From: the human T2T-CHM13v2.0 reference genome, Homo sapiens
Reading direction: 5' to 3' (one strand)
NCBI RefSeq assembly: GCF_009914755.1
Contig: NC_060925.1
Length of the DNA: 64,000 nucleotides
In this document: positions 1 through 15,984 of the stretch, piece after piece
Layout of the letters: every line of letters begins with the position of its first letter
How positions within the stretch are numbered: position 1 is the stretch's first letter
Program-made: the position numbers and the translations under genes
Notes under the pieces: model-generated
Seen by the model: only the letters and a program-made list of their open reading frames with translations
What the model was told of the DNA's origin: nothing
The model's database searches: none

Positions 1-30
1 GAATCTAATGGAATCATTGAACAGAATTGA

Positions 31-860
31 ATGGAATCGTCATCGAATGAATTGAATGCAATCATCGAATGGTCTCGAATGGAATCTTCTTCTAATGGAA
101 AGGAATGGAATCATCGCATAGAATCGAATGGAATTATCATCGAATGGAATCGAATGGTATCAACACCAAACGGAAAAAAACGGAATTATCGAATGGAATC
201 GAAGAGAATCTTCGAACGGACCCGAATGGAATCATCTAATGGAATGGAATGGAATAATCCATGGACTCGAATGCAATCATCATCGAATGGAATCGAATGG
301 AATCATCGAATGGACTCGAATGGAATAATCATTGAACGGAATCGAATGGAATCATCATCGGATGGAAATGAGTGGAATCATCATCGAATGGAAATGAAAG
401 GAGTCATCATCTAATGGAATTGCATGGAATCATCATAAAATGGAATCGAATGGAATCAACCTCAAATGGAATCAAATGGAATCATTGAACGGAATTGAAT
501 GGAATCATCATCGAATGAATTGACTGCAATCATCGAATGGTCTCGAATGGAATCATCTTCAAATGGAATGGAATGGAATCATCGCATAGAATCGAATGGA
601 ATTATCATCGAATGGAATCGAATGGAATCAACATCAAACGGAAAAAAACGGAATTATCGAATGGAATCGAAGAGAATCATCGAATGGACCCGAATGGAAT
701 CATCTAATGGAATGGAATGGAATTATCCATGGACTCGAATGCAATCATCATCGAATGGAATCGAATGGAATCATCGAATGGACTCGAATGGAATAATCAT
801 TGAACGGAATCGAATGGAATCATCATCGGATGGAAATGAATGGAATCATCATCGAATGGA
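31..860 (+). repeat. Internal 468-bp tandem duplication in each unit (subunit A from 31, subunit B from 499)
   Basis: Near-identical ORFs start at 31 and 499 (offset 468). Diagnostic A/B differences are gaatgca/gactgca, ttctaat/ttcaaat, ggaaagg/ggaatgg, ggtatcaacacc/ggaatcaacatc and cttcgaacgg/catcgaatgg. Homology also extends upstream into the previous unit's tail (gaaaggggtcatc vs gaaaggagtcatc). Confidence 0.95.
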
Positions 861-1646
861 ATCGAATAGAATTATGGAATGAAATCCAGTGTGATCATCA
901 TCGAATGGACCCGAATGGAATCATCATCCAACGGAAGCTAATGGAATCAACATCGAATGAATCGAATGGAAACACCATCGAATTGAAACGAATGGAATTA
1001 TCATGAAATTGAAATGGATGGACTCATCATCGAATGGATTCGAATGGAATCATCGAATAAAATTGATTGAAATCATCATCCAATGGAATCGAATGGTATC
1101 ATTGAATGGAATCGAATGGAATCATCATCAGATGGAAATGAATGGAATCGTCATAGAATGGAATCGAATGGATTCATTGAATGGAATCAGATGGAATCAT
1201 CGAATGGACTGGAATGGAATCATTGAATGGACTCGAAAGGGATCATGATTGAATGGAATTGAATGGAATCATCGAATGGTCTCGATTGGAATCATTATCA
1301 AATGGAATCGAATGGAATCACCGAATAGAATCGAATGGAACAATCATCGAATGGACTCAAATGGAATTATCCTCAAATGGAATCGAATGGAATTATCGAA
1401 TGCAATCGAATGGAATTATCGAATGCAATCGAATAGAATCATCGAATGGACTCGAATGGAATCATCGAATGGAATGGAATGGAACAGTCAATGAACTCGA
1501 ATGGAATCATCATTGAATGGAATCGAATGGAATCATCGAGTGGAATCGAATGGAATTATGATCAAATGGAATCGAATGTAATCATCATCAAATGGAATCA
1601 AAAATAACCATCATCAATTGGTATTGAATGGAATTGTCATCAAATG

Positions 1647-1652
1647 GAATTC
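1647..1652. other. EcoRI site that recurs once per unit and would release ~1.77-kb fragments
   Basis: GAATTC in ggaattcaaagg at 1647, 6975, 8751 and the equivalent position in other units. Confidence 0.9.
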
Positions 1653-4600
1653 AAAGGAATCATCATCAAATGGAACCGAATGGAATCCTCATTGAATGGA
1701 AATGAAAGGGGTCATCATCTAATGGAATCGCATGGAATCATCATCAAATGGAATCGAATGGAATCATCATCAAATGGAATCTAATGGAATCATTGAACAG
1801 AATTGAATGGAATCGTCATCGAATGAATTGAATGCAATCATCGAATGGTCTCGAATGGATTCATCTTCTAATGGAAAGGAATGGAATCATCGCATAGAAT
1901 CGAATGGAATTATCATCGAATGGAATCGTATGGTATCAACACCAAACGGAAAAATACGGAATTATCGAATGGAATCGAAGAGAATCTTCGAACGGACCCG
2001 AATGGAATCATCTAATGGAATGGAATGGAATAATCCATGGACTCGAATGCAATCATCATCGAATGGAATGGAATGGAATCATCGAATGGACTCGAATGGA
2101 ATAATCATTGAACGGAATCGAATGGAATCATCATCGGATGGAAACGAATGGAATCATCATCGAATGGAAATGAAAGGAGTCATCATCTAATGGAATTGCA
2201 TGGAATCATCATAAAATGGAATCGAATGGAATCAACATCAAATGGAATCAAATGGAATCATTGAACGGAATTGAATGGAATCGTCATCGAATGAATTGAC
2301 TGCAATCATCGAATGGTCTCGAATGGAATCATCTTCAAATGGAATGGAATGGAATCATCGCATAGAATCGAATGGAATTATCATCGAATGGAATCGAATG
2401 GAATCAACATCAAACGGAAAAAAACGGAATTATCGAATGGAATCGAAGAGAATCATCGAATGGACCCGAATGGAATCATCTAATGGAATGGAATGGAATA
2501 ATCCATGGACTCGAATGCAATCATCATCGAATGGAATCGAATGGAATCATCGAATGGACTCGAATGGAATAATCATTGAACGGAATCGAATGGAATCATC
2601 ATCGGATGGAAATGAATGGAATCATCATCGAATGGAATCGAATAGAATTATGGAATGAAATCCAGTGTGATCATCATCGAATGGACCCGAATGGAATCAT
2701 CATCCAACGGAAGCTAATGGAATCAACATCGAATGAATCGAATGGAAACACCATCGAATTGAAACGAATGGAATTATCATGAAATTGAAATGGATGGACT
2801 CATCATCGAATGGATTCGAATGGAATCATCGAATAAAATTGATTGAAATCATCATCCAATGGAATCGAATGGTATCATTGAATGGAAACGAATAGAATCA
2901 TCATCAGATGGAAATGAATGGAATCGTCATAGAATGGAATCGAATGGATTCATTGAATGGAATCAGATGGAATCATCGAATGGACTGGAATGGAATCATT
3001 GAATGGACTCGAAAGGGATCATGATTGAATGGAATTGAATGGAATCATCGAATGGTCTCGATTGGAATCATTATCAAATGGAATCGAATGGAATCACCGA
3101 ATAGAATCGAATGGAACAATCATCGAATGGACTCAAATGGAATTATCCTCCAATGGAATCGAATGGAATTATCGAATGCAATCGAATGGAATTATCGAAT
3201 GCAATCGAATAGAATCATCGAATGGACTCGAATGGAATCATCGAATGGAATGGAATGGAACAGTCAATGAACTCGAATGGAATCATCATTGAATGGAATC
3301 GAATGGAATCATCGAGTGGAATCGAATGGAATTATGATCAAATGGAATCGAATGTAATCATCATCAAATGGAATCAAAAATAACCATCATCAATTGGTAT
3401 TGAATGGAATTGTCATCAAATGGAATTCAAAGGAATCATCATCAAATGGAACCGAATGGAATCCTCATTGAATGGAAATGAAAGGGGTCATCATCTAATG
3501 GAATCGCATGGAATCATCATCAAATGGAATCGAATGGAATCATCATCAAATGGAATCTAATGGAATCATTGAACAGAATTGAATGGAATCGTCATCGAAT
3601 GAATTGAATGCAATCATCGAATGGTCTCGAATGGAATCATCTTCTAATGGAAAGGAATGGAATCATCGCATAGAATCGAATGGAATTATCATCGAATGGA
3701 ATCAAATGGTATCAACACCAAACGGAAAAAAACGGAATTATCGAATGGAATCGAAGAGAATCTTCGAACGGACCCGAATGGAATCATCTAATGGAATGGA
3801 ATGGAATAATCCATGGACTCGAATGCAATCATCATCGAATGGAATGGAATGGAATCATCGAATGGACTCGAATGGAATAATCATTGAACGGAATCGAATG
3901 GAATCATCATCGGATGGAAACGAATGGAATCATCATCGAATGGAAATGAAAGGAGTCATCATCTAATGGAATTGCATGGAATCATCATAAAATGGAATCG
4001 AATGGAATCAACATCAAATGGAATCAAATGGAATCATTGAACGGAATTGAATGGAATCGTCATCGAATGAATTGACTGCAATCATCGAATGGTCTCGAAT
4101 GGAATCATCTTCAAATGGAATGGAATGGAATCATCGCATAGAATCGAATGGAATTATCATCGAATGGAATCGAATGGAATCAACATCAAATGGAAAAAAA
4201 CGGAATTATCGAATGGAATCGAAGAGAATCATCGAATGGACCCGAATGGAATCATCTAATGGAATGGAATGGAATAATCCATGGACTCGAATGCAATCAT
4301 CATCGAATGGAATCGAATGGAATCATCGAATGGACTCGAATGGAATAATCATTGAACGGAATCGAATGGAATCATCATCGGATGGAAATGAATGGAATCA
4401 TCATCGAATGGAATCGAATATAATTATGGAATGAAATCCAGTGTGATCATCATCGAATGGACCCGAATGGAATCATCATCCAACGGAAGCTAATGGAATC
4501 AACATCGAATGAATCGAATGGAAACACCATCGAATTGAAACGAATGGAATTATTATGAAATTGAAATGGATGGACTCATCATCGAATGGATTCGAATGGA

Positions 4601-7600
4601 ATCATCGAATAAAATTGATTGAAATCATCATCCAATGGAATCGAATGGTATCATTGAATGGAATCGAATGGAATCATCATCAGATGGAAATGAATGGAAT
4701 CGTCATAGAATGGAATCGAATGGATTCATTGAATGGAATCAGATGGAATCATCGAATGGACTGGAATGGAATCATTGAATGGACTCGAAAGGGATCATGA
4801 TTGAATGGAATTGAATGGAATCATCGAATGGTCTCGATTGGAATCATTATCAAATGGAATCGAATGGAATCACCGAATAGAATCGAATGGAACAATCATC
4901 GAATGGACTCAAATGGAATTATCCTCAAATGGAATCGAATGGAATTATCGAATGCAATCGAATGGAATTATCGAATGCAATCGAATAGAATCATCGAATG
5001 GACTCGAATGGAATCATCGAATGGAATGGAATGGAACAGTCAATGAACTCGAATGGAATCATCATTGATTGGAATCGAATGGAATCATCGAGTGGAATCG
5101 AATGGAATTATGATCAAATGGAATCGAATGTAATCATCATCAAATGGAATCAAAAATAACCATCATCAATTGGTATTGAATGGAATTGTCATCAAATGGA
5201 ATTCAAAGGAATCATCATCAAATGGAACCGAATGGAATCCTCATTGAATGGAAATGAAAGGGGTCATCATCTAATGGAATCGCATGGAATCATCATCAAA
5301 TGGAATCGAATGGAATCATCATCAAATGGAATCTAATGGAATCATTGAACAGAATTGAATGGAATCGTCATCGAATGAATTGAATGCAATCATCGAATGG
5401 TCTCGAATGGAATCATCTTCTAATGGAAAGGAATGGAATCATCGCATAGAATCGAATGGAATTATCATCGAATGGAATCGAATGGTATCAACACCAAACG
5501 GAAAAAAACGGAATTATCGAATGGAATCGAAGAGAATCTTCGAACGGACCCGAATGGAATCATCTAATGGAATGGAATGGAATAATCCATGGACTCGAAT
5601 GCAATCATCATCGAATGGAATCGACTGGAATCATCGAATGGACTCGAATGGAATAATCATTGAACGGAATCGAATGGAATCATCATCGGATGGAAACGAA
5701 TGGAATCATCATCGAATGGAAATGAAAGGAGTCATCATCTAATGGAATTGCATGGAATCATCATAAAATGGAATCGAATGGAATCAACATCAAATGGAAT
5801 CAAATGGAATCATTGAACGGAATTGAATGGAATCGTCATCGAATGAATTGACTGCAATCATCGAATGGTCTCGAATGGAATCATCTTCAAATGGAATGGA
5901 ATGGAATCATCGCATAGAATCGAATGGAATTATCATCGAATGGAATCGAATGGAATCAACATCAAACGGAAAAAAACGGAATTATCGAATGGAATCGAAG
6001 AGAATCATCGAATGGACCCGAATGGAATAATCTAATGGAATGGAATGGAATAATCCATGGACTCGAATGCAATCATCATCGAATGGAATCGAATGGAATC
6101 ATCGAATGGACTCGAATGGAATAATCATTGAACGGAATCGAATGGAATCATCATCGGATGGAAATGAATGGAATCATCATCGAATGGAATCGAATAGAAT
6201 TATGGAATGAAATCCAGTGTGATCATCATCGAATGGACCCGAATGGAATCATCATCCAACGGAAGCTAATGGAATCAACATCGAATGAATCGAATGGAAA
6301 CACCATCGAATTGAAACGAATGGAATTATCATGAAATTGAAATGGATGGACTCATCATCGAATGGATTCGAATGGAATCATCGAATAAAATTTATTGAAA
6401 TCATCATCCAATGGAATCGAATGGTATCATTGAATGGAATCGAATGGAATCATCATCAGATGGAAATGAATGGAATCGTCATAGAATGGAATCGAATGGA
6501 TTCATTGAATGGAATCAGATGGAATCATCGAATGGACTGGAATGGAATCATTGAATGGACTCGAAAGGGATCATGATTGAATGGAATTGAATGGAATCAT
6601 CGAATGGTCTCGATTGGAATCATTATCAAATGGAATCGAATGGAATCACCAAATAGAATCGAATGGAACAATCATCGAATGGACTCAAATGGAATTATCC
6701 TCAAATGGAATCGAATGGAATTATCGAATGCAATCGAATGGAATTATCGAATGCAATCGAATAGAATCATCGAAAGGACTCGAATGGAATCATCGAATGG
6801 AATGGAATGGAACAGTCAATGAACTCGAATGGAATCATCATTGAATGGAATCGAATGGAATCATCGAGTGGAATCGAATGGAATTATGATCAAATGGAAT
6901 CTAATGTAATCATCATCAAATGGAATCAAAAATAACCATCATCAATTGGTATTGAATGGAATTGTCATCAAATGGAATTCAAAGGAATCATCATCAAATG
7001 GAACCGAATGGAATCCTCATTGAATGGAAATGAAAGGGGTCATCATCTAATGGAATCGCATGGAATCATCATCAAATGGAATCGAATGGAATCATCATCA
7101 AATGGAATCTAATGGAATCATTGAACAGAATTGAATGGAATCGTCATCGAATGAATTGAATGCAATCATCGAATGGTCTCGAATGGAATCATCTTCTAAT
7201 GGAAAGGAATGGAATCATCGCATAGAATCGAATGGAATTATCATCGAATGGAATCGAATGGTATCAACACCAAACGGAAAAAAACGGAATTATCGAATGG
7301 AATCGAAGAGAATCTTCGAACGGACCCGAATGGAATCATCTAATGGAATGGAATGGAATAATCCATGGACTCGAATGCAATCATCATCGAATGGAATGGA
7401 ATGGAATCATCGAATGGACTCGAATGGAATAATCATTGAACGGAATCGAATGGAATCATCATCGGATGGAAACGAATGGAATCATCATCGAATGGAAATG
7501 AAAGGAGTCATCATCTAATGGAATTGCATGGAATCATCATAAAATGGAATCGAATGGAATCAACATCAAATGGAATCAAATGGAATCATTGAACGGAATT

Positions 7601-10600
7601 GAATGGAATCGTCATCGAATGAATTGACTGCAATCATCGAATGGTCTCGAATGGAATCATCTTCAAATGGAATGGAATGGAATCATCGCATAGAATCGAA
7701 TGGAATTATCATCGAATGGAATCGAATGGAATCAACATCAAACGGAAAAAAACGGAATTATCGAATGGAATCGAAGAGAATCATCGAATGGACCCGAATG
7801 GAATCATCTAATGGAATGGAATGGAATAATCCATGGACTCGAATGCAATCATCATCGAATGGAATCGAATGGAATCATCGAATGGACTCGAATGGAATAA
7901 TCATTGAACGGAATCGAATGGAATCATCATCGGATGGAAATGAATGGAATCATCATCGAATGGAATCGAATAGAATTATGGAATGAAATCCAGTGTGATC
8001 ATCATCGAATGGACCCGAATGGAATCATCATCCAACGGAAGCTAATGGAATCAACATCGAATGAATCGAATGGAAACACCATCGAATTGAAACGAATGGA
8101 ATTATCATGAAATTGAAATGGATGGACTCATCATCGAATGGATTCGAATGGAATCATCGAATAAAATTGATTGAAATCATCATCGAATGGAATCGAATGG
8201 TATCATTGAATGGAATCGAATGGAATCATCATCAGATGGAAATGAATGGAATCGTCATAGAATGGAATCGAATGGATTCATTGAATGGAATCAGATGGAA
8301 TCATCGAATGGACTGGAATGGAATCATTGAATGGACTCGAAAGGGATCATGATTGAATGGAATTGAATGGAATCATCGAATGGTCTCGATTGGAATCATT
8401 ATCAAAAGGAATCGAATGGAATCACCGAATAGAATCGAATGGAACAATCATCGAATGGACTCAAATGGAATTATCCTCAAATGGAATCGAATGGAATTAT
8501 CGAATGCAATCGAATGGAATTATCGAATTCAATCGAATAGAATCATCGAATGGACTCGAATGGAATCATCGAATGGAATGGAATGGAACAGTCAATGAAC
8601 TCGAATGGAATCATCATTGAATGGAATCGAATGGAATCATCGAGTGGAATCGAATGGAATTATGATCAAATGGAATCGAATGTAATCATCATCAAATGGA
8701 ATCAAAAATAACCATCATCAATTGGTATTGAATGGAATTGTCATCAAATGGAATTCAAAGGAATCATCATCAAATGGAACCGAATGGAATCCTCATTGAA
8801 TGGAAATGAAAGGGGTCATCATCTAATGGAATCGCATGGAATCATCATCAAATGGAATCGAATGGAATCATCATCAAATGGAATCTAATGGAATCATTGA
8901 ACAGAATTGAATGGAATCGTCATCGAATGAATTGAATGCAATCATCGAATGGTCTCGAATGGAATCATCTTCTAATGGAAAGGAATGGAATCATCGCATA
9001 GAATCGAATGGAATTATCATCGAATGGAATCGAATGGTATCAACACCAAACGGAAAAAAACGGAATTATCGAATGGAATCGAAGAGAATCTTCGAACGGA
9101 CCCGAATGGAATCATCTAATGGAATGGAATGGAATAATCCATGGACTCGAATGCAATCATCATCGAATGGAATGGAATGGAATCATCGAATGGACTCGAA
9201 TGGAATAATCATCGAACGGAATCGAATGGAATCATCATCGGATGGAAACGAATGGAATCATCATCGAATGGAAATGAAAGGAGTCATCATCTAATGGAAT
9301 TGCATGGAATCATCATAAAATGGAATCGAATGGAATCAACATCAAATGGAATCAAATGGAAAAATTGAACAGAATTGAATGGAATCGTCATCGAATGAAT
9401 TGACTGCAATCATCGAATGGTCTCGAATGGAATCATCTTCAAATGGAATGGAATGGAATCATCGCATAGAATCGAATGGAATTATCATCGAATGGAATCG
9501 AATGGAATCAACATCAAACGGAAAAAAACAGAATTATCGTATGGAATCGAAGAGAATCATCGAATGGACCCGAATGGAATCATCTAATGGAATGGAATGG
9601 AATAATCCATGGACTCGAATGCAATCTTCATCGAATGGAATCGAATGGAATCATCGAATGGACTCGAATGGAATAATCATTGAACGGAATCGAATGGAAT
9701 CATCATCGGATGGAAATGAATGGAATCATCATCGAATGGAATCGAATAGAATTATGGAATGAAATCCAGTGTGATCATCATCGAATGGACCCGAATGGAA
9801 TCATGATCCAACGGAAGCTAATGGAATCAACATCGAATGAATCGAATGGAAACACCATCGAATTGAAACGAATGGAATTATCATGAAATTGAAATGGATG
9901 GACTCATCATCGAATGGATTCGAATGGAATCATCGAATAAAATTGATTGAAATCATCATCGAATGAAATCGAATGGTATCATTGAATGGAATCGAATGGA
10001 ATCATCATCAGATGGAAATGAATGGAATCGTCATAGAATGGAATCGAATGGATTCATTGAATGGAATCAGATGGAATCATCGAATGGACTGGAATGGAAT
10101 CATTGAATGGACTCGAAAGGGATCATTATTGAATGGAATTGAATGGAATCATCGAATGGTCTCGATTGGAATCATTATCAAATGGAATCGAATGGAATCA
10201 CCGAATAGAATCGAATGGAACAATCATCGAATGGACTCAAATGGAATTATCCTCAAATGGAATCGAATGGAATTATCGAATGCAATCGAATGGAATTATC
10301 GAATGCAATCGAATAGAATCATCGAATGGACTCGAATGGAATCATCGAATGGAATGGAATGGAACAGTCAATGAACTCGAATGGAATCATCATTGAATGG
10401 AATCGAATGGAATCATCGAGTGGAATCGAATGGAATTATGATCAAATGGAATCGAATGTATTCATCATCAAATGGAATCAAAAATAACCATCATCAATTG
10501 GTATTGAATGGAATTGTCATCAAATGGAATTCAAAGGAATCATCATCAAATGGAACCGAATGGAATCCTCATTGAATGGAAATGAAAGGGGTCATCATCT

Positions 10601-13600
10601 AATGGAATCGCATGGAATCATCATCAAATGGAATCGAATGGAATCATCATCAAATGGAATCTAATGGAATCATTGAACAGAATTGAATGGAATCGTCATC
10701 GAATGAATTGAATGCAATCATCGAATGGTCTCGAATGGAATCATCTTCTAATGGAAAGGAATGGAATCATCGCATAGAATCGAATGGAATTATCATCGAA
10801 TGGAATCGAATGGTATCAACACCAAACGGAAAAAAACGGAATTATCGAATGGAATCGAAGAGAATCTTCGAACGGACCCGAATGGAATCATCTAATGGAA
10901 TGGAATGGAATAATCCATGGACTCGAATGCAATCATCATCGAATGGAATGGAATGGAGTCATCGAATAGACTCGAATGGAATAATCATTGAACGGAATCG
11001 AATGGAATCATCATCGGATGGAAACGAATGGAATCATCATCGAATGGAAATGAAAGGAGTCATCATCTAATGGAATTGCATGGAATCATCATAAAATGGA
11101 ATCGAATGGAATCAACATCAAATGGAATCAAATGGAATCATTGAACGGAATTGAATGGAATCGTCATCGAATGAATTGACTGCAATCATCGAATGGTCTC
11201 GAATGGAATCATCTTCAAATGGAATGGAATGGAATCATCGCATAGAATCGAATGGAATTATCATCGAATGGAATCGAATGGAATCAACATCAAACGGAAA
11301 AAAACAGAATTATCGTATGGAATCGAAGAGAATCATCGAATGGACCCGAATGGAATCATCTAATGGAATGGAATGCAATAATCCATGGACTCGAATGCAA
11401 TCATCATCGAATGGAATCGAATGGAATCATCGAATGGACTCGAATGGAATAATCATTGAACGGAATCGAATGGAATCATCATCGGATGGAAATGAATGGA
11501 ATCATTATCGAATGGAATCGAATAGAATTATGGAATGAAATCCAGTGTGATCATCATCGAATGGACCCGAATGGAATCATCATCCAACGGAAGCTAATGG
11601 AATCAACATCGAATGAATCGAATGGAAACACCATCGAATTGAAACGAATGGAAATATCATGAAATTGAAATGGATGGACACATCATCGAATGGATTCGAA
11701 TGGAATCATCGAATAAAATTGATTGAAATCATCATCAAATGGAATCGAATGGTATCATTGAATGGAATCGAATGGAATCATCATCAGATGGAAATGAATG
11801 GAATCGTCATAGAATGGAATCGAATGGATTCATTGAATGGAATCAGATGGAATCATCGAATGGACTGGAATGACATCATTGAATGGACTCGAAAGGGATC
11901 ATTATTGAATGGAATTGAATGGAATCATCGAATGGTCTCGATTGGAATCATTATCAAATGGAATCGAATGGAATCACCGAATAGAATCGAATGGAACAAT
12001 CATTGAATGGACTCAAATGGAATTATCCTCAAATGGAATCGAATGGAATTATCGAATGCAATCGAATGGAATTATCGAATGCAATCGAATAGAATCATCG
12101 AAAGGACTCGAATGGAATCATCGAATGGAATGGAATGGAACAGTCAATGAACTCGAATGGAATCATCATTGAATGGAATCGAATGGAATCATCGAGTGGA
12201 ATCGAATGGAATTATGATCAAATGGAATCGAATGTAATCATCATCAAATGGAATCAAAAATAACCATCATCAATTGGTATTGAATGGAATTGTCATCAAA
12301 TGGAATTCAAAGGAATCATCATCAAATGGAACCGAATGGAATCCTCATTGAATGGAAATGAAAGGGGTCATCATCTAATGGAATCGCATGGAATCATCAT
12401 CAAATGGAATCGAATGGAATCATCATCAAATGGAATCTAATGGAATCATTGAACAGAATTGAATGGAATCGTCATCGAATGAATTGAATGCAATCATCGA
12501 ATGGTCTCGAATGGAATCATCTTCTAATGGAAAGGAATGGAATCATCGCATAGAATCGAATGGAATTATCATCGAATGGAATCGAATGGTATCAACACCA
12601 AACGGAAAAAAACGGAATTATCGAATGGAATCGAAGAGAATCTTCGAACGGACCCGAATGGAATCATCTAATGGAATGGAATGGAATAATCCATGGACTC
12701 GAATGCAATCATCATCGAATGGAATGGAATGGAATCATCGAATGGACTCGAATGGAATAATCATCGAACGGAATCGAATGGAATCATCATCGAATGGAAA
12801 CGAATGGAATCATCATCGAATGGAAATGAAAGGAGTCATCATCTAATGGAATTGCATGGAATCATCATAAAATGGAATCGAATGGAATCAACATCAAATG
12901 GAATCAAATGGAATCATTGAACGGAATTGAATGGAATCGTCATCGAATGAATTGACTGCAATCATCGAATGGTCTCGAATGGAATCATCTTCAAATGGAA
13001 TGGAATGGAATCATCGCATAGAATCGAATGGAATTATCATCGAATGGAATCGAATGGAATCAACATCAAACGGAAAAAAACGGAATTATCGAATGGAATC
13101 GAAGAGAATCATCGAATGGACCCGAATGGAATCATCTAATGGAATGGAATGGAATAATCCATGGACTCGAATGCAATCATCATCGAATGGAATCGAATGG
13201 AATCATCGAATGGACTCGAATGGAATAATCATTGAACGGAATCGAATGGAATCATCATCGGATGGAAATGAATGGAATCATCATCGAATGGAATCGAATA
13301 GAATTATGGAATGAAATCCAGTGTGATCATCATCGAATGGACCCGAATGGAATCATCATCCAACGGAAGCTAATGGAATCAACATCGAATGAATCGAATG
13401 GAAACACCATCGAATTGAAACGAATGGAATTATTATGAAATTGAAATGGATGGACTCATCATCGAATGGATTCGAATGGAAACATCGAATAAAATTGATT
13501 GAAATCATCATCCAATGGAATCGAATGGTATCATTGAATGGAATCGAATGGAATCATCATCAGATGGAAATGAATGGAATCGTCATAGAATGGAATCGAA

Positions 13601-15984
13601 TGGATTCATTGAATGGAATCAGATGGAATCATCGAATGGACTGGAATGGAATCATTGAATGGACTCGAAAGGGATCATGATTGAATGGAATTGAATGGAA
13701 TCATCGAATGGTCTCGATTGGAATCATTATCAAATGGAATCGAATGGAATCACCGAATAGAATCGAATGGAACAATCATCGAATGGACTCAAATGGAATT
13801 ATCCTCAAATGGAATCGAATGGAATTATCGAATGCAATCGAATGGAATTATCGAATGCAATCGAATAGAATCATCGAAAGGACTCGAATGGAATCATCGA
13901 ATGGAATGGAATGGAACAGTCAATGAACTCGAATGGAATCATCATTGAATGGAATCGAATGGAATCATCGAGTGGAATCGAATGGAATTATGATCAAATG
14001 GAATCGAATGTAATCATCATCAAATGGAATCAAAAATAACCATCATCAATTGGTATTGAATGGAATTGTCATCAAATGGAATTCAAAGGAATCATCATCA
14101 AATGGAACCGAATGGAATCCTCATTGAATGGAAATGAAAGGGGTCATCATCTAATGGAATCGCATGGAATCATCATCAAATGGAATAGAATGGAATCATC
14201 ATCAAATGGAATCTAATGGAATCATTGAACAGAATTGAATGGAATCGTCATCGAATGAATTGAATGCAATCATCGAATGGTCTCGAATGGAATCTTCTTC
14301 TAATGGAAAGGAATGGAATCATCGCATAGAATCGAATGGAATTATCATCGAATGGAATCGAATGGTATCAACACCAAACGGAAAAAAACGGAATTATCGA
14401 ATGGAATCGAAGAGAATCTTCGAACGGACCCGAATGGAATCATCTAATGGAATGGAATGGAATAATCCATGGACTCGAATGCAATCATCATCGAATGGAA
14501 TGGAATGGAATCATCGAATGGACTCGAATGGAATAATCATTGAACGGAATCGAATGGAATCATCATCGGATGGAAACGAATGGAATCATCATCGAATGGA
14601 AATGAAAGGAGTCATCATCTAATGGAATTGCATGGAATCATCATAAAATGGAATCGAATGGAATCAACATCAAATGGAATCAAATGGAATCATTGAACGG
14701 AATTGAATGGAATCGTCATCGAATGAATTGACTGCAATCATCGAATGGTCTCGAATGGAATCATCTTCAAATGGAATGGAATGGAATCATCGCATAGAAT
14801 CGAATGGAATTATCATCGAATGGAATCGAATGGAATCAACATCAAACGGAAAAAAACGGAATTATCGAATGGAATCGAAGAGAATCATCGAATGGACCCG
14901 AATGGAATCATCTAATGGAATGGAATGGAATAATCCATGGACTCGAATGCAATCATCATCGAATGGAATCGAATGGAATCATCGAATGGACTCGAATGGA
15001 ATAATCATTGAACGGAATCGAATGGAATCATCATCGGATGGAAATGAATGGAATCATCATCGAATGGAATCGAATAGAATTATGGAATGAAATCCAGTGT
15101 GATCATCATCGAATGGACCCGAATGGAATCATCATCCAACGGAAGCTAATGGAATCAACATCGAATGAATCGAATGGAAACACCATCGAATTGAAACGAA
15201 TGGAATTATTATGAAATTGAAATGGATGGACTCATCATCGAATGGATTCGAATGGAAACATCGAATAAAATTGATTGAAATCATCATCCAATGGAATCGA
15301 ATGGTATCATTGAATGGAATCGAATGGAATCATCATCAGATGGAAATGAATGGAATCGTCATAGAATGGAATCGAATGGATTCATTGAATGGAATCAGAT
15401 GGAATCATCGAATGGACTGGAATGGAATCATTGAATGGACTCGAAAGGGATCATGATTGAATGGAATTGAATGGAATCATCGAATGGTCTCGATTGGAAT
15501 CATTATCAAATGGAATCGAATGGAATCACCGAATAGAATCGAATGGAACAATCATCGAATGGACTCAAATGGAATTATCCTCAAATGGAATCGAATGGAA
15601 TTATCGAATGCAATCGAATGGAATTATCGAATGCAATCGAATAGAATCATCGAAAGGACTCGAATGGAATCATCGAATGGAATGGAATGGAACAGTCAAT
15701 GAACTCGAATGGAATCATCATTGAATGGAATCGAATGGAATCATCGAGTGGAATCGAATGGAATTATGATCAAATGGAATCGAATGTAATCATCATCAAA
15801 TGGAATCAAAAATAACCATCATCAATTGGTATTGAATGGAATTGTCATCAAATGGAATTCAAAGGAATCATCATCAAATGGAACCGAATGGAATCCTCAT
15901 TGAATGGAAATGAAAGGGGTCATCATCTAATGGAATCGCATGGAATCATCATCAAATGGAATAGAATGGAATCATCATCAAATG

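Larger units (their letters stand above)
1..1776 (+). repeat. Canonical 1776-bp HSat2 unit (reference copy, unit 1)
   Basis: gaatctaatggaatcattgaacagaattg occurs at 1 and again at 1777. Unique landmarks per unit are gaaatccagtgtgatc (~881), cggaagctaatgg (~932), aataaaattgattg (1056), ggaacagtcaatgaac (~1481), aaaaataacc (~1600), GAATTC (1647) and gaaaggggtc (~1704). Confidence 0.97.

Noticed and set aside
171-183. cggaaaaaaacgg A-tract as a retro-insertion tail or terminator
   Set aside because: It is only 7 A's, fixed in both subunits of nearly every unit, and aligns without gaps to tggaatcaagcgg in the diverged copy. It therefore differs from that copy by substitution, not insertion.
201-220. 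gaagagaatcttcgaa as an HSF1 heat-shock element
   Set aside because: It has only one correctly spaced GAAnnTTC pair, whereas a canonical HSE needs three alternating nGAAn units.
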